DNA of 64,000 nucleotides from Bacillota bacterium (GTDB lineage Bacteria; Bacillota; JAAYKD01): contig OY762825.2 of NCBI GenBank assembly GCA_963666425.2, positions 2,624,001 to 2,688,000 on the forward strand, written 5' to 3'. Shown one piece after another: positions 9,574-18,450 of the stretch; position 1 is the first letter of the stretch; the number at the start of each line of letters is the position of its first letter. The translations under genes and the position numbers were made by a program. Below the pieces are notes generated by a model. The model did not search any database and was not told the DNA's origin. It worked only from the letters and a program-made list of their open reading frames with translations.

Positions 9574-11625
9574 ATGAGCAAGACCTATTATGTTACCACA
9601 CCCATCTATTATACCAGCGGGAATCCGCATGTCGGGCATGCCTATTGCTCCATTATGGCGGATACGTTGGCACGTTTTCATCGTCTGCTGGGCGAGGATG
9701 TCTTTTTTCTGACCGGTACCGATGAACATGGGCAGAAAGTGGAAGAAAATGCTGCGAAAGCAGGACTCACTCCCAAGCAATATGTCGATCAATTAGATAT
9801 CGCGTTTAAGGCGCTATGGGCGAAATTAAACATTTCCTATGATGGCTATATTCGTACGACCGATCCGCTGCATCAGGCGGCGGTCCAGAAAATTTTCCGG
9901 CAGCTCTATGATCAAGGCGATATTTATAAAAAAGATTATGAAGGTCATTATTGTGTTCCCTGTGAGGCGTACTGGACAGAACATCAAATTAAAGAAGGCA
10001 ATCTGTGCCCCGATTGCGGTCGACCGGTGACTTGGCTGAAGGAAGAGAGCTATTATTTCCGTGCGTCCAAGTATGCGGATCGGTTGCTGCAATATATTGA
10101 AGACAATCCGGACTTCATTCAACCGGTTTCCCGGACCAATGAAATGGTCAACAATTTTTTGAAACCGGGTTTGAATGATTTGTGTGTTTCCCGCACCAGT
10201 GTCGATTGGGGCATTCCGGTGACCTTTGATCCCAAGCATACGATTTATGTTTGGATCGATGCTTTGCCGAACTATATTACCGCCCTCGGTTACGGCAGTG
10301 ACGACGACAGCTTACTGCAGCGCTTTTGGCCGGCTGATTTGCATTTGGTTGGTAAGGAAATAATCCGTTTTCATACGATCATCTGGCCGATTATCCTGAT
10401 GGCGCTCGGTTTACCGCTGCCCAAACAGGTCTTCGGACATGGCTGGCTGCTTTATGATAATGAAAAAATGTCCAAATCCAAGGGCAACGTGGTGGACCCC
10501 AACGATATCATCCGTGATTATGGCACCGATCCGCTGCGCTATTATTTATTGGCCAAGGTACCGACCGGCAATGACGGCAATTTCACGACGGAATTGATCG
10601 CCAACATCTTCAATACGGATCTGGCCAACGATTTAGGCAATTTACTGAGCCGCACGATCGCCATGCAGGAACGCTATTTTGCCGGGATTGTGCAAACCCC
10701 TTCCGAGCGCAGTGCTTTGGATGCTGGCTTGATTGAATTGGCCGAAGCGACACCGGCAGCAGTCAATACTGCCATGCTGAAAAATGATTTTAATGCCGCT
10801 TTGGCGGCTATTTGGAAATTGATTGGCCGCAGCAATAAATACATTGATGAAACACTGCCTTGGGTTTTAGCCAAGGACGCATCCCAAAAAGAACGCTTGG
10901 CTACGGTGCTGTATCACCTGGCGGAAGTGCTGCGTATCACAGCCGTGCTGCTGCAGCCGTTTATGCCGGAGACTTCCCCTCGTATTTTTTTCCAATTGGG
11001 TTTAATGGGCCGCTCACCGCTGCAGACCTGGCAATCGATTCAAAACTTCGGCGGCTTACCGGCCGGAACCAAACTGCGCAAAGGGGAATCCCTTTTCCCC
11101 CGCATCGAAAAAGAGAATCCGGACGGCAGCTTGGGTAAAAAAGCAAAAGCTGTCAATCAAAGTAAAAAAAATCAGAAGCAAGAAAAACTGGAAGAAGGTT
11201 TGCAACAAATGACCGAAGAAAATCCGATTGCCGCTAACGAAACCCAGCTGGCTGAAGCAGAGATCATCGAAACCAATGTCTTGGCCGATCAGAAACCGCT
11301 GATCACCGTGGACGATTTCGCCAAAATCGATTTTCGCATCGCGGAAATCGTGGCCTGTGAAAAGGTAGCCAAAGCAGATCGCCTATTGAAATTACGGGTG
11401 CGGATCGGACAAACCGAGCGGGTGATTGTCTCCGGCATCGCGGAATATTACTCACCGGAAGAACTAATCGGGCGGCAGGTCTGTGTGGTGGCGAATTTAG
11501 CCCCTCATACTTTTAGGGGCATTGAATCGAACGGCATGCTTTTGGCGGCTTCGGATGATGCTCATACCAGTGTGATTTTATTACAGCCGGAAAAGCGCGC
11601 GCAAAACGGCTGGAGAGTAAAGTAA
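9574..11625 (+). CDS. metG: methionine--tRNA ligase with C-terminal tRNA-binding domain
   Basis: YYVTTPIYY, HVGH, GTDEHG, zinc knuckle, KMSKS, C-terminal OB-fold ending SNGMLLAA. Confidence 0.97.
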   Translation: MSKTYYVTTPIYYTSGNPHVGHAYCSIMADTLARFHRLLGEDVFFLTGTDEHGQKVEENAAKAGLTPKQYVDQLDIAFKALWAKLNISYDGYIRTTDPLHQAAVQKIFRQLYDQGDIYKKDYEGHYCVPCEAYWTEHQIKEGNLCPDCGRPVTWLKEESYYFRASKYADRLLQYIEDNPDFIQPVSRTNEMVNNFLKPGLNDLCVSRTSVDWGIPVTFDPKHTIYVWIDALPNYITALGYGSDDDSLLQRFWPADLHLVGKEIIRFHTIIWPIILMALGLPLPKQVFGHGWLLYDNEKMSKSKGNVVDPNDIIRDYGTDPLRYYLLAKVPTGNDGNFTTELIANIFNTDLANDLGNLLSRTIAMQERYFAGIVQTPSERSALDAGLIELAEATPAAVNTAMLKNDFNAALAAIWKLIGRSNKYIDETLPWVLAKDASQKERLATVLYHLAEVLRITAVLLQPFMPETSPRIFFQLGLMGRSPLQTWQSIQNFGGLPAGTKLRKGESLFPRIEKENPDGSLGKKAKAVNQSKKNQKQEKLEEGLQQMTEENPIAANETQLAEAEIIETNVLADQKPLITVDDFAKIDFRIAEIVACEKVAKADRLLKLRVRIGQTERVIVSGIAEYYSPEELIGRQVCVVANLAPHTFRGIESNGMLLAASDDAHTSVILLQPEKRAQNGWRVK

Positions 11626-11629
11626 GCAA

Positions 11630-12394
11630 ATGCGATTGATCGATACCCATGTTCATCTGGATGATGAACGATTTGGCAACGAAACGGAAGCCATACTAGC
11701 CCGCGCGGCCGCTGCCGGAGTAGAAAAACTGATTCAGGTAGGCTGCAATCTGCAATCCTCCTATCGGGCTGTTGCCTTGGCTGGCCGTTATGCGCAGATC
11801 TATCCGGCTGTGGGGATTCATCCCAGTGACGCGGCCGATTATGCCGCCGACGCAGACGCATTAGCGGAATTGGCCGCGAGATCAGAGGTGGTCGCCATCG
11901 GCGAAATTGGTTTGGATTATTATTGGAATCACTGTAGCAAAGAAGTGCAGCGGGAAACCTTTGTCAGACAATTGGATTTAGCCGGGCAGCTGCATAAACC
12001 GGTGATTATTCACGATCGCGACGCTCATGGCGAGGTGATGGAACTCCTGCGGCAGCAAGCCAAACACTTCAGCGGCGGGGTGCTGCATTGCTTTTCCGGC
12101 AGCTGGGAGATGGCGAAAGTTTGTTTGAATTTGGGATTCTATCTCTCTTTTGCCGGACCGCTGACCTTCCCCAAATCGAATCGCCTGCGCGAAATTGCTG
12201 CCCAGATCCCGTTGGACCGCTTTTTGCTGGAGACGGACTGTCCTTATTTAGCACCGCAGGCGCACCGCGGTCAGCGCAATGAACCGGCTTATGTTGCCGA
12301 ACAAGCCATCGCTTTTGCAGCCGCGCGCGGCATGACTGCAGACGCCGTTGCTGAACAGGCAGCAAAGAATGCGGAATCTCTTTTTGGTTTATAG
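11630..12394 (+). CDS. tatD: TatD family hydrolase
   Basis: DTHVH, GIHP, AIGEIGLDY, IHDRDA, LETDCPY. Confidence 0.93.
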   Translation: MRLIDTHVHLDDERFGNETEAILARAAAAGVEKLIQVGCNLQSSYRAVALAGRYAQIYPAVGIHPSDAADYAADADALAELAARSEVVAIGEIGLDYYWNHCSKEVQRETFVRQLDLAGQLHKPVIIHDRDAHGEVMELLRQQAKHFSGGVLHCFSGSWEMAKVCLNLGFYLSFAGPLTFPKSNRLREIAAQIPLDRFLLETDCPYLAPQAHRGQRNEPAYVAEQAIAFAAARGMTADAVAEQAAKNAESLFGL

Positions 12395-12404
12395 GAGTGC
12401 AAGG

Positions 12405-12959
12405 ATGAAAATAAAAGAGGTCATTGTCGTTGAAGGGGAACATGATCGGCGGGCGGTAGAACAAGCGGTCGAGGCGGATGTGGAAATCACCGGTGGATTT
12501 GCCTTGACGGCGAGTCTGCTGGAGCGGTTACGCAAACTGCAGGACGTGCGCGGCTTGATTCTCTTCACGGATCCCGATTTTACCGGGGAAGTGATCAGAC
12601 GAACCTGCGCTCGCAAAATCCCGGGTGTAAAACATGCTTATCTGCCGCGGCAGGAGGCAATGAAAAAGAATGACGTCGGAATTGAAAATGCCTCACCGGC
12701 AGCGATTCGGCACGCCTTAACACTGCTGCACACGGAATCGTATCAAGCAAAAGTGACCTATGCGGCAGCGGATCTACTGCAATTGGGCTTGATCGGCAGG
12801 CAAGAGAGCGCCCGTTTGCGCCAAAGCACGGGAGATCGGCTTGGGATTGGTTATGCCAATGGCAAGAGCTTTCTGAAACGCCTGAATCGCTATGCGATCC
12901 CTCCGGAACAGTTGGCTGCAGCGGCGGCCTTGGCGCTGGCAGCAGAAACGGCAGAATAA
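12405..12959 (+). CDS. rnmV: ribonuclease M5 (TOPRIM)
   Basis: IKEVIVVEG, FTDPDFTGE, GIENAS, LGIGYAN. Confidence 0.92.
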   Translation: MKIKEVIVVEGEHDRRAVEQAVEADVEITGGFALTASLLERLRKLQDVRGLILFTDPDFTGEVIRRTCARKIPGVKHAYLPRQEAMKKNDVGIENASPAAIRHALTLLHTESYQAKVTYAAADLLQLGLIGRQESARLRQSTGDRLGIGYANGKSFLKRLNRYAIPPEQLAAAAALALAAETAE

Positions 12960-12998
12960 AACGCTTGACTCGATTGGCAAAAGCAAAATAAGCAAAAG

Positions 12999-13049
12999 AA
13001 ACAGGAAAGCCGGGTTCGCGATCACTCGTAACCCGGTTTTTCTGTTTTT
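12999..13049 (+). terminator. rho-independent terminator after rnmV
   Basis: AAACAGGAAAGCCGGGTT...AACCCGGTTTTTCTGTTTTT inverted repeat with T tract. Confidence 0.7.
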
Positions 13050-13272
13050 AAAAGGCGCTATGCAGCAGCAAAAACAGAAAAAGTGCTGCGCTAAATATCC
13101 ATTTACAAAATGTTGGTTTTAGTGTATGTTAAATTGAAAAGAGCGGTCGATTTAGGGCGGATCAAGGTCTCTTCTTTAAAAAACGGGTATCGTTGCCAAG
13201 GGAATCAGTGCGCTTCCTAGAACGCATGGGACGACGATTCCAGCGTAACGATCGTGAGAAAGGTGTTTTAAG

Positions 13273-14202
13273 ATGGTGAATAAATTAACCTCTCCGAGCG
13301 AAATAAAACGGTTGATCGATCAATATCACTTTCCGGTCAGGAAAAAGCTAGGCCAAAATTTCCTGGTGGATGAACATATTTTGCAAATGATCCTTGAGGC
13401 TGCTCAGCTGGCGAAGCAGACCACCGTTTTAGAGATCGGCCCCGGTTTTGGCACCTTGACCGTTGCGCTGGCAGAGCAAGCCGAACGGGTGGTCAGCATT
13501 GAAATTGATCCCATGCTGATTCCCATCCTGCAGGATGCTTTTCTTGCTTACCCTAATATTCGCCTGATCCACGCCGATGCGCTGAAAGTGGATTTCTCTG
13601 CCTTGTTTGCTGCAGACGAAGAAATCACTGTCGCTGCCAATCTGCCTTATTATATTACTTCTCCTTTAATCGTTCAGCTGATGCAGGCACCTTTTCGTAT
13701 GAAAAAAATGGTGATCCTCGTGCAAAAGGAAGTGGGAGACCGCTTGTTGGCACAGGCAGATACGGTGGAATACGGCAGTCTCAGTGTTTTTGTTCAATCG
13801 ACTGCCAAGGTGGAATTGGTCTGCAGAGCTCCGCGCACCGTCTTCTATCCATCACCGAAAGTGGATTCTGTGGTGATTGCGATTACACCCGATGCGAATC
13901 TGCGCAGCAGGATCGTTTCTATGCCCGTATTGGAATTGACGAATCGGGCGATTTTTGGCCAGCGGCGAAAAACGATCAGCAACAGTCTAAAGAATTCGCC
14001 CTATTGGACGGTGACAGCAGAGGATGTGCAGCAAGTATTGTCCGAATTGGGAATTGACAGTCATTTGCGGGGTGAGGTTTTATCACCGGATCAAATCGTT
14101 TTACTGGCCAATGCTTTATCGGCAGTTATTTGCGTGAAAGAGCTCCCCTTCAAAAAAGATCATGCTTATCGCGAGAACGAGTCAGACTCAATTTCGTTCT
14201 GA
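13273..14202 (+). CDS. rsmA: 16S rRNA adenine dimethyltransferase
   Basis: KKLGQNFL, LEIGPGFG, ANLPYYIT, FYPSPKVDS, FGQRRKT. Confidence 0.95.
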   Translation: MVNKLTSPSEIKRLIDQYHFPVRKKLGQNFLVDEHILQMILEAAQLAKQTTVLEIGPGFGTLTVALAEQAERVVSIEIDPMLIPILQDAFLAYPNIRLIHADALKVDFSALFAADEEITVAANLPYYITSPLIVQLMQAPFRMKKMVILVQKEVGDRLLAQADTVEYGSLSVFVQSTAKVELVCRAPRTVFYPSPKVDSVVIAITPDANLRSRIVSMPVLELTNRAIFGQRRKTISNSLKNSPYWTVTAEDVQQVLSELGIDSHLRGEVLSPDQIVLLANALSAVICVKELPFKKDHAYRENESDSISF

Positions 14203-14207
14203 CGCTC

Positions 14208-14236
14208 TTGTCAAGCAAATGATTCGATGTTATAAT
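14208..14236 (+). promoter_or_regulatory. sigma-A promoter of rex-murE-hinT
   Basis: TTGTCA-N17-TATAAT with TG extension. Confidence 0.7.
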
Positions 14237-14327
14237 TACAGCATAAAATGAAGAAAAAACGAGACAAGCAGACTCAAGATTTTCAGCAGGCTTGATCCGG
14301 GTTTTTTAAGGAAGAAGGTAGTTCGTA

Positions 14328-14993
14328 TTGAAGATGGCTGATATCCCGCGCCCCGCTCTGGAACGTATGCCCCTTTATTACCGCAGCCTTTCCGTTTGGA
14401 AATCGAAAGGTTTTAAAACGGTTTCTTCCTTAGAGATTGGTCGGGATGCGGGTGTAAATGTCGTACAAGTCCGCAAAGACCTGGCTTATTTTGGCGAATT
14501 TGGCCGGCCGGGCATCGGATATAATGTAGATTATTTGATGTCGGAATTGGGCAGATTATTGGGCTTTAATCATAAAACCGAGGCTGTTTTAATCGGAGCC
14601 GGCAGACTTGGCACGGCCATTGTTTGTTATCCCGGTTTTTATCGTTACAATATGAAGATTGCGGCGCTGTTTGATACCGACCGCGAAAAAATAGGACAAA
14701 TTGTCGGAGACACACTGATTCTCGCCATGGAACAGCTGCCTGCCTTTCTGCGCACAAGAAACATCAATTTAGGTATAATTACCGTTCCAGCCGAAGCGGC
14801 GCAGCCTGCAGCTGATTTGCTGGTGGAGAATGGCGTCAAAGTGATCTGGAATTTTGCGCCGGTCACACTGCATTTAGCCGAAGATGTGAAGGTTCGCAAT
14901 GAGGATTTGGCGGTCGGACTGGCTACTTTGTGCTATTTTATCAATAAAGACAAGAGCGGTTCTGACGGGGAACAGGATAAGTTTGAGGTGTAA
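14328..14993 (+). CDS. rex: redox-sensing transcriptional repressor Rex
   Basis: RMPLYYR, QVRKDLAYFGEFG, IGAGRLG Rossmann motif, IWNFAP. Confidence 0.93.
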   Translation: MKMADIPRPALERMPLYYRSLSVWKSKGFKTVSSLEIGRDAGVNVVQVRKDLAYFGEFGRPGIGYNVDYLMSELGRLLGFNHKTEAVLIGAGRLGTAIVCYPGFYRYNMKIAALFDTDREKIGQIVGDTLILAMEQLPAFLRTRNINLGIITVPAEAAQPAADLLVENGVKVIWNFAPVTLHLAEDVKVRNEDLAVGLATLCYFINKDKSGSDGEQDKFEV

Positions 14994-14996
14994 GCA

Positions 14997-16487
14997 ATGC
15001 GATTACAGCAATTAATCCAAGGGCTGCCATACGAGGCAACCGGCAGTACGGCAATCGAAATCAGCGGGCTGACTTCCGATTCCCGTAAGGTGCAGCCTGG
15101 GTTCCTTTTTATGGCTGAACCCGGCTTAACGGTAGACGGACATCATTACCTGGAGCAAGCAAAAGCGGCTGGTGCCGTTGCTTGCTTAGTGGAGCGGCGC
15201 TCAGCCACTGAACTAAGTCAAATCATCGTTCCTTCCACACGAAGTTTGCTGGGCGTATTGGCGGCGCGATTTTATCAGCAGCCGGCGGATCAGCTTCGGA
15301 TGATCGGGATTACCGGGACAAAGGGAAAAACGACGACCGCGTTCCTCTTGGAGTATTTTTTACGTTCCGCCGGCAGAGCAAGCGGTCTGATGGGATCCGT
15401 GCAATTCCGGGTTGGGGAAACGATAGAACAATCCGGGTTTACGACGCTGCCTGCCGTGGAACTGCAGGCGCATCTGGCCAGAGCGGTTGAACTCGGCTGC
15501 AGCCACATGGTGATGGAAGTTTCCTCTCACGCCCTGGCGCAGCGCCGTGTGGGCGGCATTGATTTTGACACAGCAATTTTCACCAATTTTACACATGACC
15601 ATCTTGATTTTCACGGTACAATGGAACAGTATCTGCAGGCAAAAACCATGCTGTTTGGCCGCCTGGGCAATAGCGAATCCGGCAAAAAAGGGCCGAAGCG
15701 AGCGGTGATCAATCTCGACGATCCGGCGGCGGCACAGGTGATCGCCAGCTGTGCCGTACCGTATTATACCTTTGGCCTCGAGGCGGCGGCGCAGGTCCGT
15801 GCCGAAGCGATTGAGCTGAACCCTACGGAAACCAGCTTTCTTTTGACTTGGCCGCAAGGCTCGGCCCGGGTGAAACTGCCGTTAGTGGGCAGATTCAATG
15901 TTTATAATTTCCTGGCGGCTTTTACAGCCGGCTTGGCTGAAGGGCTGGCGGCGGCAGACATGTTGGCTGCTGTGCCTGATTTTACCGGGGTACCGGGCCG
16001 TTTTCAGCAAATCCGCTGCGGACAAACTTTCCCGGTGATTGTTGATTATGCGCATACGGAAGACAGTCTGCGTCAAGTATTGCAGACCGCCCGTGAATTT
16101 ACAAGCGGCCGTTTGTTGTTGGCTTTTGGTTGTACCGGTGACCGTGATCGCAGTAAGCGGCCGGTGATGGGTAAACTGGCTGCGGAACTGGCGGATTTTG
16201 TGATCATTACATCGGATGATCCGCACAGTGAAGATCCGAAAGAGATTATACAGGAAATCTACGCCGGTATTGAACCGTCTTGTCCGACCGTCGAACTGCA
16301 GCCGGATCGCGCGAAAGCGATCGATCGGTTGATCGCGATGGCGAAAGCAGGAGACACAGTCCTGCTCGCCGGCAAAGGGCATGAACGGGTGCAGGTTTTT
16401 AAGGATTATCAGCTGCCGTTTTCTGACGAAATCAAAGCAAGGCAATGCTTGCGGCGATTAGGGTATCTTCAGGGTAAGGAGGTGTAA
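14997..16487 (+). CDS. murE: UDP-MurNAc-dipeptide--diamino acid ligase MurE
   Basis: DSRKV, GITGTKGKTT, MEVSSH, FTNFTHDHLDFH, VDYAHT, LAGKGHE; specificity motif reads DDPH. Confidence 0.92.
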   Translation: MRLQQLIQGLPYEATGSTAIEISGLTSDSRKVQPGFLFMAEPGLTVDGHHYLEQAKAAGAVACLVERRSATELSQIIVPSTRSLLGVLAARFYQQPADQLRMIGITGTKGKTTTAFLLEYFLRSAGRASGLMGSVQFRVGETIEQSGFTTLPAVELQAHLARAVELGCSHMVMEVSSHALAQRRVGGIDFDTAIFTNFTHDHLDFHGTMEQYLQAKTMLFGRLGNSESGKKGPKRAVINLDDPAAAQVIASCAVPYYTFGLEAAAQVRAEAIELNPTETSFLLTWPQGSARVKLPLVGRFNVYNFLAAFTAGLAEGLAAADMLAAVPDFTGVPGRFQQIRCGQTFPVIVDYAHTEDSLRQVLQTAREFTSGRLLLAFGCTGDRDRSKRPVMGKLAAELADFVIITSDDPHSEDPKEIIQEIYAGIEPSCPTVELQPDRAKAIDRLIAMAKAGDTVLLAGKGHERVQVFKDYQLPFSDEIKARQCLRRLGYLQGKEV

Positions 16488-16491
16488 CAGA

Positions 16492-16836
16492 ATGGAGAAT
16501 TGCCTCTTTTGCAGCATCATCCAACATCAAATACCGTCCACCGTCGTTTATGAAGACGAGTTGATGTTGGTGATCAAGGATACCAACCCACAAACTCCCG
16601 TTCATCTGTTGTGTATGCCGAAAGCGCATCTTGCCGGCCTTGACAACATACAGGAAAAGGACGCTGTCCTGATCGGTCATATCATGCTGAAAATCAGTGA
16701 AATCGCAAAACAGCAAGGATTGGCAGCGGATGGCTACCGTGTAATCGCGAACATTGGACAGAATGGCAGACAATCCGTACGTCATTTGCATTTTCATCTG
16801 GTCGGTGGAAGAGAATTATCTGAAACATTGGGATAA
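16492..16836 (+). CDS. hinT: histidine triad nucleotide-binding protein
   Basis: CLFC N-terminus, PVHLLxxPK, HLHFH triad. Confidence 0.9.
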   Translation: MENCLFCSIIQHQIPSTVVYEDELMLVIKDTNPQTPVHLLCMPKAHLAGLDNIQEKDAVLIGHIMLKISEIAKQQGLAADGYRVIANIGQNGRQSVRHLHFHLVGGRELSETLG

Positions 16837-16840
16837 TGTC

Positions 16841-16869
16841 TTGACGAAACTGTTTTTTTTTTGTATACT
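16841..16869 (+). promoter_or_regulatory. sigma-A promoter of rpsU-yqeY
   Basis: TTGACG-N17 (contains T10)-TATACT. Confidence 0.7.
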
Positions 16870-16967
16870 GTTTTCACGTGCTGTTTATATCTTTCTGCTT
16901 TTTCCCAAAAACCGTCCAGATTTTTAAAATCCCGGACAATTCATGACAGCGGAGGGAGGGAAATTAT

Positions 16968-17144
16968 ATGGCAGAAATTAAAGTGGGTAAAACCGAAACA
17001 TTAGAAAGTGCACTGCGTCGTTTTAAGCGTCAGTGCCAGCGTTCAGGCATCCTGGCAGAAACCAGAAAGCGGGAACACTATGAAAAGCCCAGCGTGAAAA
17101 GAAAAAAGAAAGCTGAAGCTGCGCGCAAACGCAAGTTCAAATAG
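16968..17144 (+). CDS. rpsU: 30S ribosomal protein S21 (58 aa; absent from the ORF track)
   Basis: Translated by hand: [58 protein letters not shown]; GGAGGGAGG RBS. Confidence 0.97.
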   Translation: MAEIKVGKTETLESALRRFKRQCQRSGILAETRKREHYEKPSVKRKKKAEAARKRKFK

Positions 17145-17159
17145 GCGGGACAGATCATT

Positions 17160-17606
17160 ATGACGATGAAAGAACGGTTGGTTTTCGATATGAAAACGGC
17201 CATGAAGGTTCAGGATAAAGCTGGACTTGCCGTCATTCGCATGATCCGTGCAGCGATCCTACAAGTTGAAAAGGATGAACTCCGTCAACTGTCAGATGAT
17301 GACGTCTATGGTTTGGTAGCAAAAGAGATTAAGCAACGCAGAGATGTGATTGCTGAAGTGATTGCTGTCAGACCGGAATACGCTGCGGGATTAAAAAGTG
17401 AAATTGATCTTCTGTCAGTTTATCTTCCTCAGCAATTGACGGAAGATGAAATCAGAGAATTGGTTGCGCAAGCGGTAAAACAGGCAAATGCAACCGGTCC
17501 CAAAGATACCGGAAAGGTAATGGCCGGATTGATGCCTTTGGTAAAGGGAAAGGCTGACGGAAAACTGGTCAGCCAAATAGTAAAAGAGGTTCTTCTTCCG
17601 AAATAG
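17160..17606 (+). CDS. yqeY: GatB/YqeY domain protein
   Basis: DMKTAMK, YLPQQLTEDEI, DTGKVM, KGKADG; follows rpsU. Confidence 0.92.
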   Translation: MTMKERLVFDMKTAMKVQDKAGLAVIRMIRAAILQVEKDELRQLSDDDVYGLVAKEIKQRRDVIAEVIAVRPEYAAGLKSEIDLLSVYLPQQLTEDEIRELVAQAVKQANATGPKDTGKVMAGLMPLVKGKADGKLVSQIVKEVLLPK

Positions 17607-17706
17607 AAGCAACGAAACGTACGTATAGAAGCAGGGATTATTGCCATTCTATTGACAATAGTCCCTGTTTTACTTTCATTCCCGTATGGATTAATTGTAA
17701 AATCAC

Positions 17707-17735
17707 TTGCAGATCAAAAATACATATGCTATACT
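17707..17735 (+). promoter_or_regulatory. sigma-A promoter of the XRE regulator gene
   Basis: TTGCAG-N17-TATACT with TG extension. Confidence 0.55.
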
Positions 17736-17807
17736 AGCAGGCATGTGGTTATTGATCAATCATTGACGATAAAGAGAGGAGAGAAGGGTCATTTTGGACC
17801 CGGAAAT

Positions 17808-18206
17808 ATGAAAATTATCGAACGTATTGAAAAGCTAATGCAAGGGAAGCAAATCACTCAAGCTGAATTCTCTCGCCGAATAGGTGTCCCGGTTTCCCGC
17901 GTTGCCAACTGGCGTCGGAAGGGCTCCACACCTTCCGCCGATTTAATCCCCTGTATCGCGCAAGTACTTGGAGTCGATACGCATTATTTACTGACCGGCG
18001 AACAAATTAACGGTAAGAATTTCACCTATGAATTGACTGCCGATGAAGCCGACTTAATCGATGGATACCGAAAGCTGAACCGTACCTGGCAGCGAGTTGC
18101 CATGGGCCAAGTCTATGAATTGGTGGCTGAAACGGAAGAGGAAGAATATTTCAATATCGATGCGGATGAATCAGACGAAGCAAAAGCAACGTCTGAGGAA
18201 GCATAG
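17808..18206 (+). CDS. XRE-family helix-turn-helix regulator
   Basis: ITQAEFSRRIGVPVSRVANW...PSADLIPCIAQVLGVDTHYLLTG HTH, phage-repressor-like C-terminal helix, acidic tail; start taken at ATG 17808. Confidence 0.85.
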   Translation: MKIIERIEKLMQGKQITQAEFSRRIGVPVSRVANWRRKGSTPSADLIPCIAQVLGVDTHYLLTGEQINGKNFTYELTADEADLIDGYRKLNRTWQRVAMGQVYELVAETEEEEYFNIDADESDEAKATSEEA

Positions 18207-18231
18207 GCATCACTGCTGCCGAAAAGTAAGG

Positions 18232-18272
18232 AAAACCGTTTGCGGTCTCGTTAACGCAGACGGTTTTTGTTT
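18232..18272 (+). terminator. terminator after the XRE gene
   Basis: AAAACCGTTTGCG...CGCAGACGGTTTTTG hairpin with T tract. Confidence 0.7.
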
Positions 18273-18357
18273 TGCCAAAAAGAGTCAGTTCTGGCAGGAA
18301 ACCTTAAGGCAGCAAGGGCGAGCAGCTGACAGTGCGCCAGACGGCAGCTTGTGTTTG

Positions 18358-18384
18358 GAAGGAATCACCACATTTTTGTCGAAT
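18358..18384 (+). promoter_or_regulatory. sigma-H-like promoter of the phoH operon
   Basis: GAAGGAATC...GTCGAAT; AGGA-N17-GAAT fits the B. subtilis sigH consensus. Confidence 0.55.
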
Positions 18385-18450
18385 AATCAATGTTAGTGAA
18401 AAGCACTGCCAAATAGCGGTTCGCTTTATGGAGTAAGGAGGAATGATTCC

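Noticed and set aside
17652-17807. 52-aa N-terminal extension of the XRE ORF in the ORF track
   Set aside because: Spans the gene's own promoter; the HTH domain begins at ATG 17808
18377-18383. TGTCGAA Spo0A-box match upstream of phoH
   Set aside because: Coincides with the GTCGAAT -10 element of the sigH-like promoter; a single 7-mer is not independent evidence
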